Below, piece by piece: positions 31,062-40,732 of a DNA stretch of 64,000 bases. The position numbers were made by a program, and so were the translations under genes. The stretch spans positions 30,885-94,884 of the forward strand of contig JABCTZ010000018.1 of NCBI GenBank assembly GCA_018238155.1, in the 5' to 3' direction. The notes beneath the pieces are model-generated. The model saw only the letters and a list, made by a program, of their open reading frames with translations, was not told the DNA's origin and ran no database searches. Numbering within the stretch: position 1 is the stretch's first letter; each line of letters opens with the position of its first letter. The stretch comes from Candidatus Heimdallarchaeota archaeon (GTDB lineage Archaea > Asgardarchaeota > Heimdallarchaeia > JABLTI01).

Positions 31062-33551
31062 TCAAACAATATCTACTCCTAAAAAGGGAGCGATCATAGA
31101 TTGTTTGGTTACTTTAATTTCCTCAGGAGTACCAGTTGCAATTATTTTTCCTCCTTTTGGCCCACCTTGAGGACCTAATTCAATAAGGAAATCCACATAG
31201 CTCAATACATCAACATCATGTTCTATGATTAAAACAGTGTTTCCTTGTTCAACCAATTTATTTAGAAGAGTTATCAATTTCAAGACATCATTTTGATGGA
31301 GACCTGTTGTTGGTTCATCGAACACATACAGAGTATTTTTCCTTTTTTTCGTTCGACCCAATTCCTTTGCTAGTTTTATTCGTTGAGCTTCTCCACCACT
31401 GAGAGTAGTAGTTGGTTGTCCTAATGTAATATAACCCATACCTATCTCCTCAAGAATTTCAAGATAATTATAAACTCGCTTTTCATCCTTGAAGACTTCT
31501 AGTGCATCTGTCACTGTTAGGTTAAGAATATCAGAAATGTTTTTGCCATTGAACTTTATGTCAAGTATCTCCGCTTTGTATCTTGTTCCATTACATTCGT
31601 TACAAGGTAAATCTACTCGAGTAAAATAAGAAATTTGAAGTTCTATTGCTCCTGCACCTTTACAAATTGGGCATCTTCCCTCACTGTTATATGAAAATTG
31701 ACCTTCGTTGTATTCTCTTTCCTTTGACAAAGATTGTTTAGCAAATAACTTTCGAACGGCATCCCAAAAACCAATATAGCTTGCAGGGGTGGATGTTTTC
31801 ACTCGTCCAATTGGAGATTGAGTAACAACAATACAATCCTTTATGTTATCCCAACCTGTGAGCTTTCCTTTAATTTCACCAATCTGATTACTCTCTTCTT
31901 CAGCTTCTTCTCCATTATCTCTACTAGTAAAGCGCTCTCTTAACAAAGGAACCAAAGTATCACTGATTAACGAACTTTTTCCACTTCCAGAAACACCTGC
32001 AATGCCAACCAGAATACCTAGCGGTATTTTTATCTTGAGATTCTTCAAATTGTTTGTCGTTATATTTTGTATTTCAAGATATTTCGTAGAAGAAGAGAGA
32101 GCTCTCCTTTGCTCACCGGTTTTCTTTGGAATCATCATTTCTCCACTCATGAACTTTCCAGTGATGGATCTTTTCTCATGTAGAATGCCTTCTGCAGATC
32201 CTTGGTAAACAATTTCTCCACCTAGCTTTCCAGCTCCAGGACCAAGATCGATAATTTGATCTGCTTGAGAGATAATATTTCTATCATGTTCAACAATTAT
32301 CAATGTATTACCCAATTCTTTTAGTTCCTTTAAAATGGTCATTAGGTTTTCTTTCTCAAGTTCATGCATGCCCATTGAAGGTTCATCAAGAATATAGATT
32401 AAAGAATCCAAACCAGCATCTAAGTGAGTCATTAAACTTAGTCTTTGAAGTTCTCCTCCGGAAAGAGTCGCAAGACTACGGTATAAACTCAAATAAGAAA
32501 TGCCTACAAGCCTTGCTTTTTTCAAACGTTGAAGAATATCCTCTTTAGAACTACGACCTAAATTAGTTATTATATGTTTATTATCAATCTTTTTAAAAAA
32601 GGTTATCAAATCATCAATTGACATAGTACCCAATTCACCAAAATGTTTTCCATTAATTAATGCATCTTGTGAAGAGAGACATATTTTATAACCATTACAA
32701 GTGGGACAAACTAACTTTGTCATGAAATTTTTCACAATCTTATTTTGACGATATGCACTTGGTGACTCAGTTAAGACTCTATGTAGATAAGGAATAGCAC
32801 CTTCAAATTTGGTTTCAAGCATACCTTCGAATCTTTTTGAAGACCATTTGATTTGCATAGTTTTATCAGAACCATACAAGAAGATATCTTGAATTTCTTG
32901 GGGAAGATCACAAAAGGAAGTATCAACAGAAAAATTCATTGCTTCTGTCAATCCTTTTGTTAATGTAAATAATGGTCCAAAGGATGCTGAACTTGATTTA
33001 CAAATTTGTTTAATTGATTTTGTAGAATCAGGAATAAGTTTCTCTTTTAGAAACTCTCGAATATATCCTCGCCCTTTACATTCAAGACACATCCCATTGG
33101 ATTCATTAAATGTGAAATGCTTTGCTTGGTAAGCTTTAGCTTTGGTTCCACAACTTGAGCATGTTGTTCCATTGTTTATTAGCTTGTTACACTTTGAACA
33201 AAATTGTACACTCTCAATAGCAAACAAATTCCTTAGCAAATTAAGGATTGTAGTCTTTGTTCCAACAGTAGAACGAGGATTAGTAATACGAGTTGTTCGT
33301 TGCTCAACTGCAACGGTAGGTGAGAGACCGGACAACAAATCAAAGGATTTTTCTTTAATATTCTCAGGAGGCCAGCCGATTGATTGCCAATATCTTCGTA
33401 AACCTTCTTCGAAGATAATATCAAATGCAAGAGAGCTTTTTCCTGACCCTGAAACACCTGTAATTGCAACAATTTTGTTTTTGGGGATTTTTACGTCAAT
33501 ATTCTTTAAATTATGAACACGTGCTCCTTTGACTTCAATAAATTTACTCAT
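31062..33551 (-). CDS. uvrA: Class II UvrA (UvrA2/DrrC-like) ABC ATPase
   Basis: GARVHNLK, two GVSGSGKS, two LSGGE, Zn fingers. About 830 aa, apparently lacking the UvrB-binding insertion. ATG 33551 after AGGAGA. Confidence 0.88.
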   Translation of the reverse strand: MSKFIEVKGARVHNLKNIDVKIPKNKIVAITGVSGSGKSSLAFDIIFEEGLRRYWQSIGWPPENIKEKSFDLLSGLSPTVAVEQRTTRITNPRSTVGTKTTILNLLRNLFAIESVQFCSKCNKLINNGTTCSSCGTKAKAYQAKHFTFNESNGMCLECKGRGYIREFLKEKLIPDSTKSIKQICKSSSASFGPLFTLTKGLTEAMNFSVDTSFCDLPQEIQDIFLYGSDKTMQIKWSSKRFEGMLETKFEGAIPYLHRVLTESPSAYRQNKIVKNFMTKLVCPTCNGYKICLSSQDALINGKHFGELGTMSIDDLITFFKKIDNKHIITNLGRSSKEDILQRLKKARLVGISYLSLYRSLATLSGGELQRLSLMTHLDAGLDSLIYILDEPSMGMHELEKENLMTILKELKELGNTLIIVEHDRNIISQADQIIDLGPGAGKLGGEIVYQGSAEGILHEKRSITGKFMSGEMMIPKKTGEQRRALSSSTKYLEIQNITTNNLKNLKIKIPLGILVGIAGVSGSGKSSLISDTLVPLLRERFTSRDNGEEAEEESNQIGEIKGKLTGWDNIKDCIVVTQSPIGRVKTSTPASYIGFWDAVRKLFAKQSLSKEREYNEGQFSYNSEGRCPICKGAGAIELQISYFTRVDLPCNECNGTRYKAEILDIKFNGKNISDILNLTVTDALEVFKDEKRVYNYLEILEEIGMGYITLGQPTTTLSGGEAQRIKLAKELGRTKKRKNTLYVFDEPTTGLHQNDVLKLITLLNKLVEQGNTVLIIEHDVDVLSYVDFLIELGPQGGPKGGKIIATGTPEEIKVTKQSMIAPFLGVDIV

Positions 33552-33562
33552 TTTTCTTTCTC

Positions 33563-34066
33563 CTATTTTATTGGAATCCAACATTCAATTTTTGATTCTT
33601 CATTATCGATACCTTTGTAGCTTTCTTCATCGTAAAGCTGTATTTGAAAAGGAAAAGCCTCTTTGTACCCCGAGGTTGGTAACCATTCATTGTAGATATA
33701 CTGGCTTCCACTAAACATCTTCTTTCCTTTAAAAGTAAACAAAGCATATTTTGTTGCTGGAAGAACTTTGCCAAACATCTCGAGAGGCATTTTATTTAGG
33801 TTCTTTACCTCTATACCAATAAAAACATAGAAATCTTTCTTATCTTCAGGTTCTTTTGGTGCTATGTGTACTTCATAAGCGATTTTGGGCGCAACGATGT
33901 ACTTCTTTAAAGTAACCAAGTTCTTCATGTATAGTTGCATGAATCTTTTCCATGTTTTACCAATCTCATTCTCCATTTCCCAACCCTTTGCAGAGTGGAA
34001 TGGATTTCCATAAAACACGCTGCCAATCAAAGTGATTTCTTTTTTAGTAATAATTTTTGGATCCAT
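33563..34066 (-). CDS. GyrI-like small-molecule-binding protein
   Basis: EI...W.RF, F.GIEV......P, LPATKYA.F..KG, IY.EWLP.SGY, E.WIPIK. Confidence 0.85.
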   Translation of the reverse strand: MDPKIITKKEITLIGSVFYGNPFHSAKGWEMENEIGKTWKRFMQLYMKNLVTLKKYIVAPKIAYEVHIAPKEPEDKKDFYVFIGIEVKNLNKMPLEMFGKVLPATKYALFTFKGKKMFSGSQYIYNEWLPTSGYKEAFPFQIQLYDEESYKGIDNEESKIECWIPIK

Positions 34067-34101
34067 TTTTCTATCCCAAACCATTTTGTAGTTGTAAAAG
34101 G

Positions 34102-35085
34102 TTAGACCATATTTATTCTTAACCCTCGAAGTGATAACCAAGGACTAGGTTTTCCCTTCTTCTCAAAACTTGCTAACCAATTGCTAATTGGTTCAGCTAG
34201 CCATGTTTGTTCATCAATGCACTTTGCACCAATTGCTTCCAATGCAGATTTTATTACAGGATAATCCTTAATTCCACTCCTAACTAGAGCTTCTACGGCT
34301 TCAAAATAATCACTATGATAGGAACGAAAATAAGAAAAGGCAAACCACTTGTAATTTTTTTTCTCACCTTTTCTTGGATAGTCAGCTTTGGAGAGATCAT
34401 AGCTCAATAGATAATCTTGGCAAGCTTCTACACACCCAGAGAATTCTTTTGTTCTCCAATCTTCAGGCCATTCGTTGAGGAAAAGTAAATCTTTTATAAG
34501 CCCCCAAGCACATTTGAAATCACCTTTCTTATAAGAACACTTGCCTTCTTTGTTATAGATACTCTCAAAATGAGAAATGCAGGCAGCTTTCACATCTACT
34601 CTAGAGTCAAAACCCAAACGTAAAAGCGCTCGTAAAATAGCAGCATTTGAACATTGCATTGGTTTATTCCATTTAGGATTTGTATTCAAAAAATATTGTG
34701 CTTCCTTATTATACTGGGTTTCAAAAAGATAGTCTACAGCTTTCTCAATGTTAGATAATACAGACCCATTTAGTCCCATATCACCAAGCAAAACAAGAGT
34801 CCATAATGTTGATTTTTGCAAAGGACCATACACAACATCTTTTTCTGGAGGTTGCCATGCTCCAGTATCAAATTGTTTGCCTATCAGATTTGACATTTTT
34901 TTTGTGACAAGAATTTCCTCTTGGAGAGAAAGAAATTGAGAACTATCTATAGAGAGCCCTTCAATATCTCTTTTAAAGGACAATTTTGCAAATTGTTCAT
35001 TATGATTCAATATGAAATCAGAAGCTTTTTCTACATTAAAATTTGGTATTTGAGTCATTTGATTTTTCACCACTTTTTTATCCAC
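34102..35085 (-). CDS. Alpha/alpha-toroid (terpene cyclase/prenyltransferase-beta-like) hypothetical protein
   Basis: Q..TGAW, T.W.L..L...G, KAVDYL...Q, PS.W..LR.LR; no DxDD motif. Confidence 0.6.
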   Translation of the reverse strand: MDKKVVKNQMTQIPNFNVEKASDFILNHNEQFAKLSFKRDIEGLSIDSSQFLSLQEEILVTKKMSNLIGKQFDTGAWQPPEKDVVYGPLQKSTLWTLVLLGDMGLNGSVLSNIEKAVDYLFETQYNKEAQYFLNTNPKWNKPMQCSNAAILRALLRLGFDSRVDVKAACISHFESIYNKEGKCSYKKGDFKCAWGLIKDLLFLNEWPEDWRTKEFSGCVEACQDYLLSYDLSKADYPRKGEKKNYKWFAFSYFRSYHSDYFEAVEALVRSGIKDYPVIKSALEAIGAKCIDEQTWLAEPISNWLASFEKKGKPSPWLSLRGLRINMV

Positions 35086-35135
35086 ATACTAATTACTAAA
35101 AATACTTCAAGATGAAAAAGAAGAGGAAGGAATAT

Positions 35136-35624
35136 TTATCCCTCAACTTCATCAGGTCTTAGACCCAATCCTTCTTCAGGAACCCATTCTGGCCATCCTT
35201 TTATCCAAGATGGTATTGATGCGTTTTTCACTCGATCACAAATTGGGAAATAAGCTTTTAGATCAATTATTGGAGTCTTATCAAAAGCATCAATGTTCTG
35301 AATTTTGATTATTCCTTTCTTGTGATCTATGTTTTCTATTTTTACTATAGTTAATCCTATTGGATTTGGTCTAAGTGGAGAACGAGTAGCAAAAACACCT
35401 GTTTTCGGAGGGTTTTCACCATATGGGGGGTCTACTTGCAGTTGACTTCGAGATTTCTCATCATCCAAAGCATTCATCCACCAAAGAACTTGAACATGAC
35501 TAAACTGTTCTAGCTCTTTCAGAGCCGGAACATATGATTCCTTTATCTCAAGATTGATTCCATCACTCTCTCTTCTTACGAGTCCAATTGATTGTATACT
35601 GTATGATTTATCATTATTATTCAT
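35136..35624 (-). CDS. TsaA/TrmO-like SAM-binding methyltransferase domain protein
   Basis: SH..VLWW, GVFATRSP.RPNPIGLT, IDAFD.TPIIDLK.Y. Confidence 0.88.
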   Translation of the reverse strand: MNNNDKSYSIQSIGLVRRESDGINLEIKESYVPALKELEQFSHVQVLWWMNALDDEKSRSQLQVDPPYGENPPKTGVFATRSPLRPNPIGLTIVKIENIDHKKGIIKIQNIDAFDKTPIIDLKAYFPICDRVKNASIPSWIKGWPEWVPEEGLGLRPDEVEG

Positions 35625-35683
35625 AGTAATTCCTCTATTATGAAGGATAATTCATTATCTAATAATTGGAAAACATGAAATAG

Positions 35684-35721
35684 ATATAAATATTTCGCTT
35701 ATTTCTGAATACTATTCAGAA
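35684..35721 (-). promoter_or_regulatory. BRE-TATA promoter of the trmO-like operon with adjacent 9-1-9 palindromic operator
   Basis: Minus strand CGAAATA-TTTATAT; palindrome TTCTGAATA-C-TATTCAGAA at 35703-35721. Confidence 0.6.
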
Positions 35722-35819
35722 TTAATAGGTATATATGTTGTTTGGAAGAGCAGTTAGACGTAGAAACAAGAAGGTATAAGGTTAGAAAAGATAAAATAGA
35801 AAGGTATTTTTAGGCAATA

Positions 35820-36212
35820 TCAATCTTCGCTTCTAGAGCGTTGTAAGAAAGTTTCAATGGATTGTTTTTGTTCTAGAAAGTCCTTCTGTTTTTGTAAATA
35901 CAGTGTTGATTGTTGATAAGCGGTATTTATAGCTTGAAGATAGTTTCGACCATCAGGAGTGATATCGTATGATCCATGATGAATTTTCTCAATAAGCAAA
36001 GCTTTTCTCAAAATTGCTAAATGATTTGCCAATGCAGTGCGACCTATATCGATTTTTTCAGATAAAGCTTGAAAGGTTAAGGATTCCACAAGTAAAGCTA
36101 AAAGTATCTTAAAGCGGTTAGGATTTTCCATCGCTTTAACTACAAGAACTACTTCATTAAATGCTACGACAAGATTTTCTTGGAGGGTTATAGAAGATTG
36201 TTTATCTGTCAT
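35820..36212 (-). CDS. ArsR-like winged-helix transcriptional regulator
   Basis: KA..NP.R.KIL..L, RTALANHL..L...LI, Y.IT..G. Confidence 0.85.
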   Translation of the reverse strand: MTDKQSSITLQENLVVAFNEVVLVVKAMENPNRFKILLALLVESLTFQALSEKIDIGRTALANHLAILRKALLIEKIHHGSYDITPDGRNYLQAINTAYQQSTLYLQKQKDFLEQKQSIETFLQRSRSED

Positions 36213-36366
36213 CTTATCTTAAGAATTGGTGTTATCTGTATAAGAAATTAACTATCAAAAAACTAATGAAAACAGCTATTATAAAATTTTTCTAATTGAA
36301 AGTCTAAATTGCTTCACAAAATAATTCAATGAATAAGAAGAAAATTTTTAAATAAAAATAGTAAAA

Positions 36367-37593
36367 ATGAAGTTCATGGATTATTCTTCAATAGAAATTA
36401 CCATTCATTTAGATACCAAATTCACAAAGGAAGAAGTCGAGGAATTTATCATTAATGAGTTATTTGATCAAAGATTTCATCCTATTTACTATAGATATTA
36501 TAATCAAAAAGCTCAGCAAATTGAAGGAGAGAGCTATAGTGATGAGTATAAAGCGACTTTAGCAACAGTTTTTCCAAATGAATTGTATCAATTTCATGCA
36601 GAAGCCAAAAATGAAAATGATATTTGTGGAGCTTTTTCTGTATTAATTAAGAACAAAAAAAAGCAACATTTCTATCAGTTCCTAAAGCCTTTCATTAATA
36701 GTAAAGAATCTAACCCACAGCTGAAATGGGGAGAAATTGATCCTGCAATTAGTATCAGTATCCAACGTCATAAGTTTGGGGATAACCCAGAAATTTTCTA
36801 TGTAAAAATATCAATCAGTCTTGGAATTTGGGGTCTAAGGCATCACATATTGAAAGGGATAATTAACATCATTGATATCCAACAAAAAGAACAGGTATTG
36901 AAAACAAGATGGGCAAGAAATGATTCTTTTATTAACGACTTGCATTTAAATTATTCACAGATGAAAAAAATTGAAAAAGAAATCTTAGATTTAGATGAAG
37001 CAAGAAATTTCATTTGGGAAAAAACTAAAGAATTAATTACTAGATTTTGCCGGAATGACAATGCAGTTTATGTTTCACCTACTTTTGATTCAATGAGTGA
37101 TCAACCATCAGATATTATTACATATCGAACTCAAAAGCTACCTGATAAACCAATAGATATCCCGGAAAGCTTCTGGACAAAAGTAGCTTGGAGTGAAATG
37201 TTTAGTTGGAATTCATCAAATTTTATTAGCGAAATTTCAATGGAATATTGGATTAATTATGGGGATGATGATGCCTTTTTAGAAATAGTTCAAATACTAC
37301 AACAAGGCAGAAAAGACACATGGGAGAGGATAGTTGAGATAATTATAAAACGCTCTGAAACAGATGCAATGATTGAAAAATTACTTGAATGGACTACAGA
37401 TATTAATTGGCCAGGTGCATATACAGCATATACTCATCTGCTTGATGTCGTAGGTGAACGTGCAATTCCAACAATAGAAAGAAACATAAAATTAGCTGAG
37501 AAATATAGGAATAAATATTGGAAAATGAATCTCTTAAATATTAAAGATGAAATACTAGAAAAAGTGAAAGGAAAAACAGAAAAAAAAGTGTAA
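36367..37593 (+). CDS. Hypothetical protein with C-terminal DUF5071-like helical domain
   Basis: LLEW..DINWPGA motif near the C-terminus. Confidence 0.6.
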   Translation: MKFMDYSSIEITIHLDTKFTKEEVEEFIINELFDQRFHPIYYRYYNQKAQQIEGESYSDEYKATLATVFPNELYQFHAEAKNENDICGAFSVLIKNKKKQHFYQFLKPFINSKESNPQLKWGEIDPAISISIQRHKFGDNPEIFYVKISISLGIWGLRHHILKGIINIIDIQQKEQVLKTRWARNDSFINDLHLNYSQMKKIEKEILDLDEARNFIWEKTKELITRFCRNDNAVYVSPTFDSMSDQPSDIITYRTQKLPDKPIDIPESFWTKVAWSEMFSWNSSNFISEISMEYWINYGDDDAFLEIVQILQQGRKDTWERIVEIIIKRSETDAMIEKLLEWTTDINWPGAYTAYTHLLDVVGERAIPTIERNIKLAEKYRNKYWKMNLLNIKDEILEKVKGKTEKKV

Positions 37594-37794
37594 CTGATGT
37601 ATTGTAATCCCATCATAATACAAGTCATGAAAGTTGGAAACAAAAATTTTAGCTATTGATTATTTTCCGCCTAATTGTGACTTTTTTTTCTATCTGAAAT
37701 TTCTTCTTCATAGAAAAATAGCAACAAATTACCATTTCTAATTTGCGAACCTTTTTTACTTAAATTTGACTAAAGATAATTGGATACGATTATT

Positions 37795-38289
37795 ATGAAA
37801 AAGTCGATTGTCATTTATAATTCCCGTGGAGGGAATACTAAAAAAGTAGCAACGAGTATAGCAGAAGGACTTGGAGCAGAAATAGTAAACAGTAGAAAAA
37901 TACCTGACCTCCAAGATTATGATCTAATTGTTTTAGGTACATGGATTATTGCCGGGCAACTAAGTCCAAGGGGGAAGAAATTCTTTTCCAGTCTTGATAG
38001 TAAAGTAAAAGGCAAAAAAGCTGTAATGTTCATTTCTTCAGCAGGACCAAATGAGCAACCAAAAGGTGGAAATCCAGATGATCCATTAATTAAAGAAACT
38101 GTTTTTGAACAAATGGGAGAGATACTAACAGAAAAAGGATTAGTGATTGCTAAAGAACGACTAGCAATTAAAGGTGCATTTAGATTTTTCCGTTTTGGTC
38201 CAGGAGCATTTGAAAAAGGACACCCAACTGAAGAAGAATTGAACGAAGCAAAAGATTTCGGTACTTCCTTGAAGAAACTTCTGAAGTGA
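37795..38289 (+). CDS. Flavodoxin family protein
   Basis: Y.SRGGNTKKVA..IA, YDLIVLGT, GHP..EEL..A..F. Confidence 0.88.
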   Translation: MKKSIVIYNSRGGNTKKVATSIAEGLGAEIVNSRKIPDLQDYDLIVLGTWIIAGQLSPRGKKFFSSLDSKVKGKKAVMFISSAGPNEQPKGGNPDDPLIKETVFEQMGEILTEKGLVIAKERLAIKGAFRFFRFGPGAFEKGHPTEEELNEAKDFGTSLKKLLK

Positions 38290-38322
38290 AATCGTGCATT
38301 GAAGGAAAAAAATCAAATGACT

Positions 38323-39330
38323 TCAAAGATCTTTAGATAATTTTGCAGTCATTTCTTTTACCCCTTGAACAATCATTGATGAGGTAGATTCTGAAAAGAA
38401 TAAATACCAATTTCTGGCAGAACCCATTATATCCTTTAATTTGCGTTCTGGTTCAATTTTATATATCAAATTCTTATGCAATTGATCAATTCCCCAACAA
38501 ATATTGAATATAGGAACTGTTTTCATATAGAATTCACCCATTTTCTTAAGATTCAATTTATTGGATGGTTCGAAGTGCCTTTGATATTCTTGATAAAAGA
38601 AATCTTGAAGATTTTCTTCAATATCGTTATTCATTACAAAAAAACAAACTTCTTCAACTATGTCTCCATATTCTGAATTTTCCCAGTCAATAAGCCATAG
38701 TTTCCCTTCAGTATCAGTTATACAATTGCTACCTACATCTCCATGTAAGATACTTGAAATTCCAAATGGAAACAAGTCAATATTTTTTGTAATCTGTGGT
38801 TTATGTTCATTCAACACATTTGTAAAAGCTTGATTGATAGTTTTATTTAATAAATGAGCATACCTTAACTGAATTGATTTTATGGTTTTTTCTAGAAAGA
38901 AATAGTTATTCCAAATTTGATCAATTCCATTTGGAATGATCTTAAAATCTAATTTATGAATTTCTGCAAGATATCTTGCCAACTGTGACAAGGTATCTTT
39001 TGAGTCAAAAATAGTTGGAGTTCCTTCAATATAATCATAAATAACTGCACCATTTTTGAAAAATTTTTGATCAGTAAATATTGGAGAGGGGACAAAAGTT
39101 AGACCCTTATCGATAAAATCTTGACGTATTTTAGCTTCATTAAGAATTTTTTTAGTGCGCTCTGGAAAAAGAGCTGTTTTCAAACAATATGCTTTTTCAA
39201 GTGTTTCAATCCTATAAACTACAGAACCTTCTCCTTTTCCTATAAATGAAATTTGTTTGATCTGTTTATCTAATATATTAAACAAAGCGGTCGCTGGTTT
39301 GTGAATTATATTAGGATCTGTTATTTTCAA
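38323..39330 (-). CDS. Aminoglycoside phosphotransferase/choline kinase-like (APH) family protein
   Basis: G.GEG..VY, LA.IH, LHGD...N, LIDWE. Confidence 0.85.
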   Translation of the reverse strand: MKITDPNIIHKPATALFNILDKQIKQISFIGKGEGSVVYRIETLEKAYCLKTALFPERTKKILNEAKIRQDFIDKGLTFVPSPIFTDQKFFKNGAVIYDYIEGTPTIFDSKDTLSQLARYLAEIHKLDFKIIPNGIDQIWNNYFFLEKTIKSIQLRYAHLLNKTINQAFTNVLNEHKPQITKNIDLFPFGISSILHGDVGSNCITDTEGKLWLIDWENSEYGDIVEEVCFFVMNNDIEENLQDFFYQEYQRHFEPSNKLNLKKMGEFYMKTVPIFNICWGIDQLHKNLIYKIEPERKLKDIMGSARNWYLFFSESTSSMIVQGVKEMTAKLSKDL

Positions 39331-39397
39331 TTTCCATTCGCCTCTTGTGTTAGCAAAATCAGATTATGTCTTATATCTTTTTTTTAATAGTCTACTT

Positions 39398-40018
39398 TTA
39401 ATTAGTGTACCAGCTATCATCTCCCCAACCATATTGATCCCATAGTGGATCGAAAATAGATTTTGCTGTTTCAGTGAAATAATGATATGCACAAACATCT
39501 TCATTTTGATCGTACATTCCAAAATGAATGTGTGTTCCTGACCCCTGATAGAGAAGCTCACCTAATATTTCTCCTCTTAAAATTATTTGACCAACTTCAA
39601 CACTTATTGCATCTCTTTGAATATTAGCATATGTTTCATTAAGAGCCCAAGGTTCAAATGCACAAACAAAAGTAAATCGTTTATTGAATTCAAGATTAAT
39701 ATTCGTTTGCCAATGACCACCAGCCTCATTGTAGAAAGTGGTTATTTCTTCTACAACCATATCACACCAAGCAACAATATTTACTGAAGTGTTACAGCCG
39801 AAGTCAATACCATTGTGAAAATCTCCTCCTTGATCTCCATACCCCCAAATAATATGAATGAAATCAGTGTTCTCTACGGGAAAATCAATTAGAGGAGCAT
39901 CCAAATTGGCTACCATTTTCTCTTGAATAAATATGGCGAGCTGTATTCCACCGATTCCTGCACCAATAAGAATGACCGGAATAAAGATTCCGAGAAAAAT
40001 TTTTGTTTTCTTTTTCAT
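39398..40018 (-). CDS. Membrane-anchored M23/LytM-like zinc metallopeptidase
   Basis: N-terminal TM; HNGIDF (HxxxD); V.VGQ.I.RGE.LG; G.GTHIHF (HxH). Confidence 0.7.
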   Translation of the reverse strand: MKKKTKIFLGIFIPVILIGAGIGGIQLAIFIQEKMVANLDAPLIDFPVENTDFIHIIWGYGDQGGDFHNGIDFGCNTSVNIVAWCDMVVEEITTFYNEAGGHWQTNINLEFNKRFTFVCAFEPWALNETYANIQRDAISVEVGQIILRGEILGELLYQGSGTHIHFGMYDQNEDVCAYHYFTETAKSIFDPLWDQYGWGDDSWYTN

Positions 40019-40178
40019 ATTATTAAATGAGTTACTAAATTATAATAATTTTATTGATTTTTGATTCCCCATGTACTGGAAAAGGTGCTATTGTATTCAT
40101 TAATTCAACATTTATTTTCTATTCAAATAGAAGAACGTTTATTAAAAAGAGAATCATATTTCAGATTAGTGATTTAAT

Positions 40179-40577
40179 ATGTCAGACAATGATAAGAAAG
40201 AAACTCAACTTACGGATCTCGGAAAAACTCTGTACGATGAAGTTATGGAAGAGATAGATGAAGAAATTAACGACGGATTAGCTAAACATATTACAAAAGA
40301 AAAAATCAAAGCAATAAGTGGGACACTAAAGAAATCCGTGGAAGAGAAAATTGTAAAACTAATTACTGAACATGTTAAAGATGAGATGACAGAAGTAGAA
40401 AAAATGATTCTTGGAGAGAAATTATCTCGAGTTGTTACTAAGAGTGCTAAGAAGGAATTAGGAAGACTACTCTCTGAAATAATCGAGAAAACCTATGAAA
40501 TTTTGTACGAGTTACGAAATGAAATAATTGAAGAAGTATTCGAAGAAACAGATGAAAAGGAAGAAAAAGATGATTAG
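40179..40577 (+). CDS. Acidic all-helical hypothetical protein
   Basis: 132-aa ORF with typical codon usage, E/K-rich; no recognised motif. Confidence 0.65.
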   Translation: MSDNDKKETQLTDLGKTLYDEVMEEIDEEINDGLAKHITKEKIKAISGTLKKSVEEKIVKLITEHVKDEMTEVEKMILGEKLSRVVTKSAKKELGRLLSEIIEKTYEILYELRNEIIEEVFEETDEKEEKDD

Positions 40578-40732
40578 AAAAAACCAACAAATACAGTCAA
40601 GGCTATTTTTTTTTCTCGAATAGTTCTTTATTTTTTATTTTCTCTTTTTTTACTGGAATAGTTTATTACTTTCCATAACATTCGCATAAGTTTTAAGAAG
40701 AGAACCAGTTTAAAACAGTAGAATAAGTTGTT

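Noticed and set aside
34102-35085. Squalene-hopene cyclase
   Set aside because: About half the expected size and lacks the DxDD catalytic motif.
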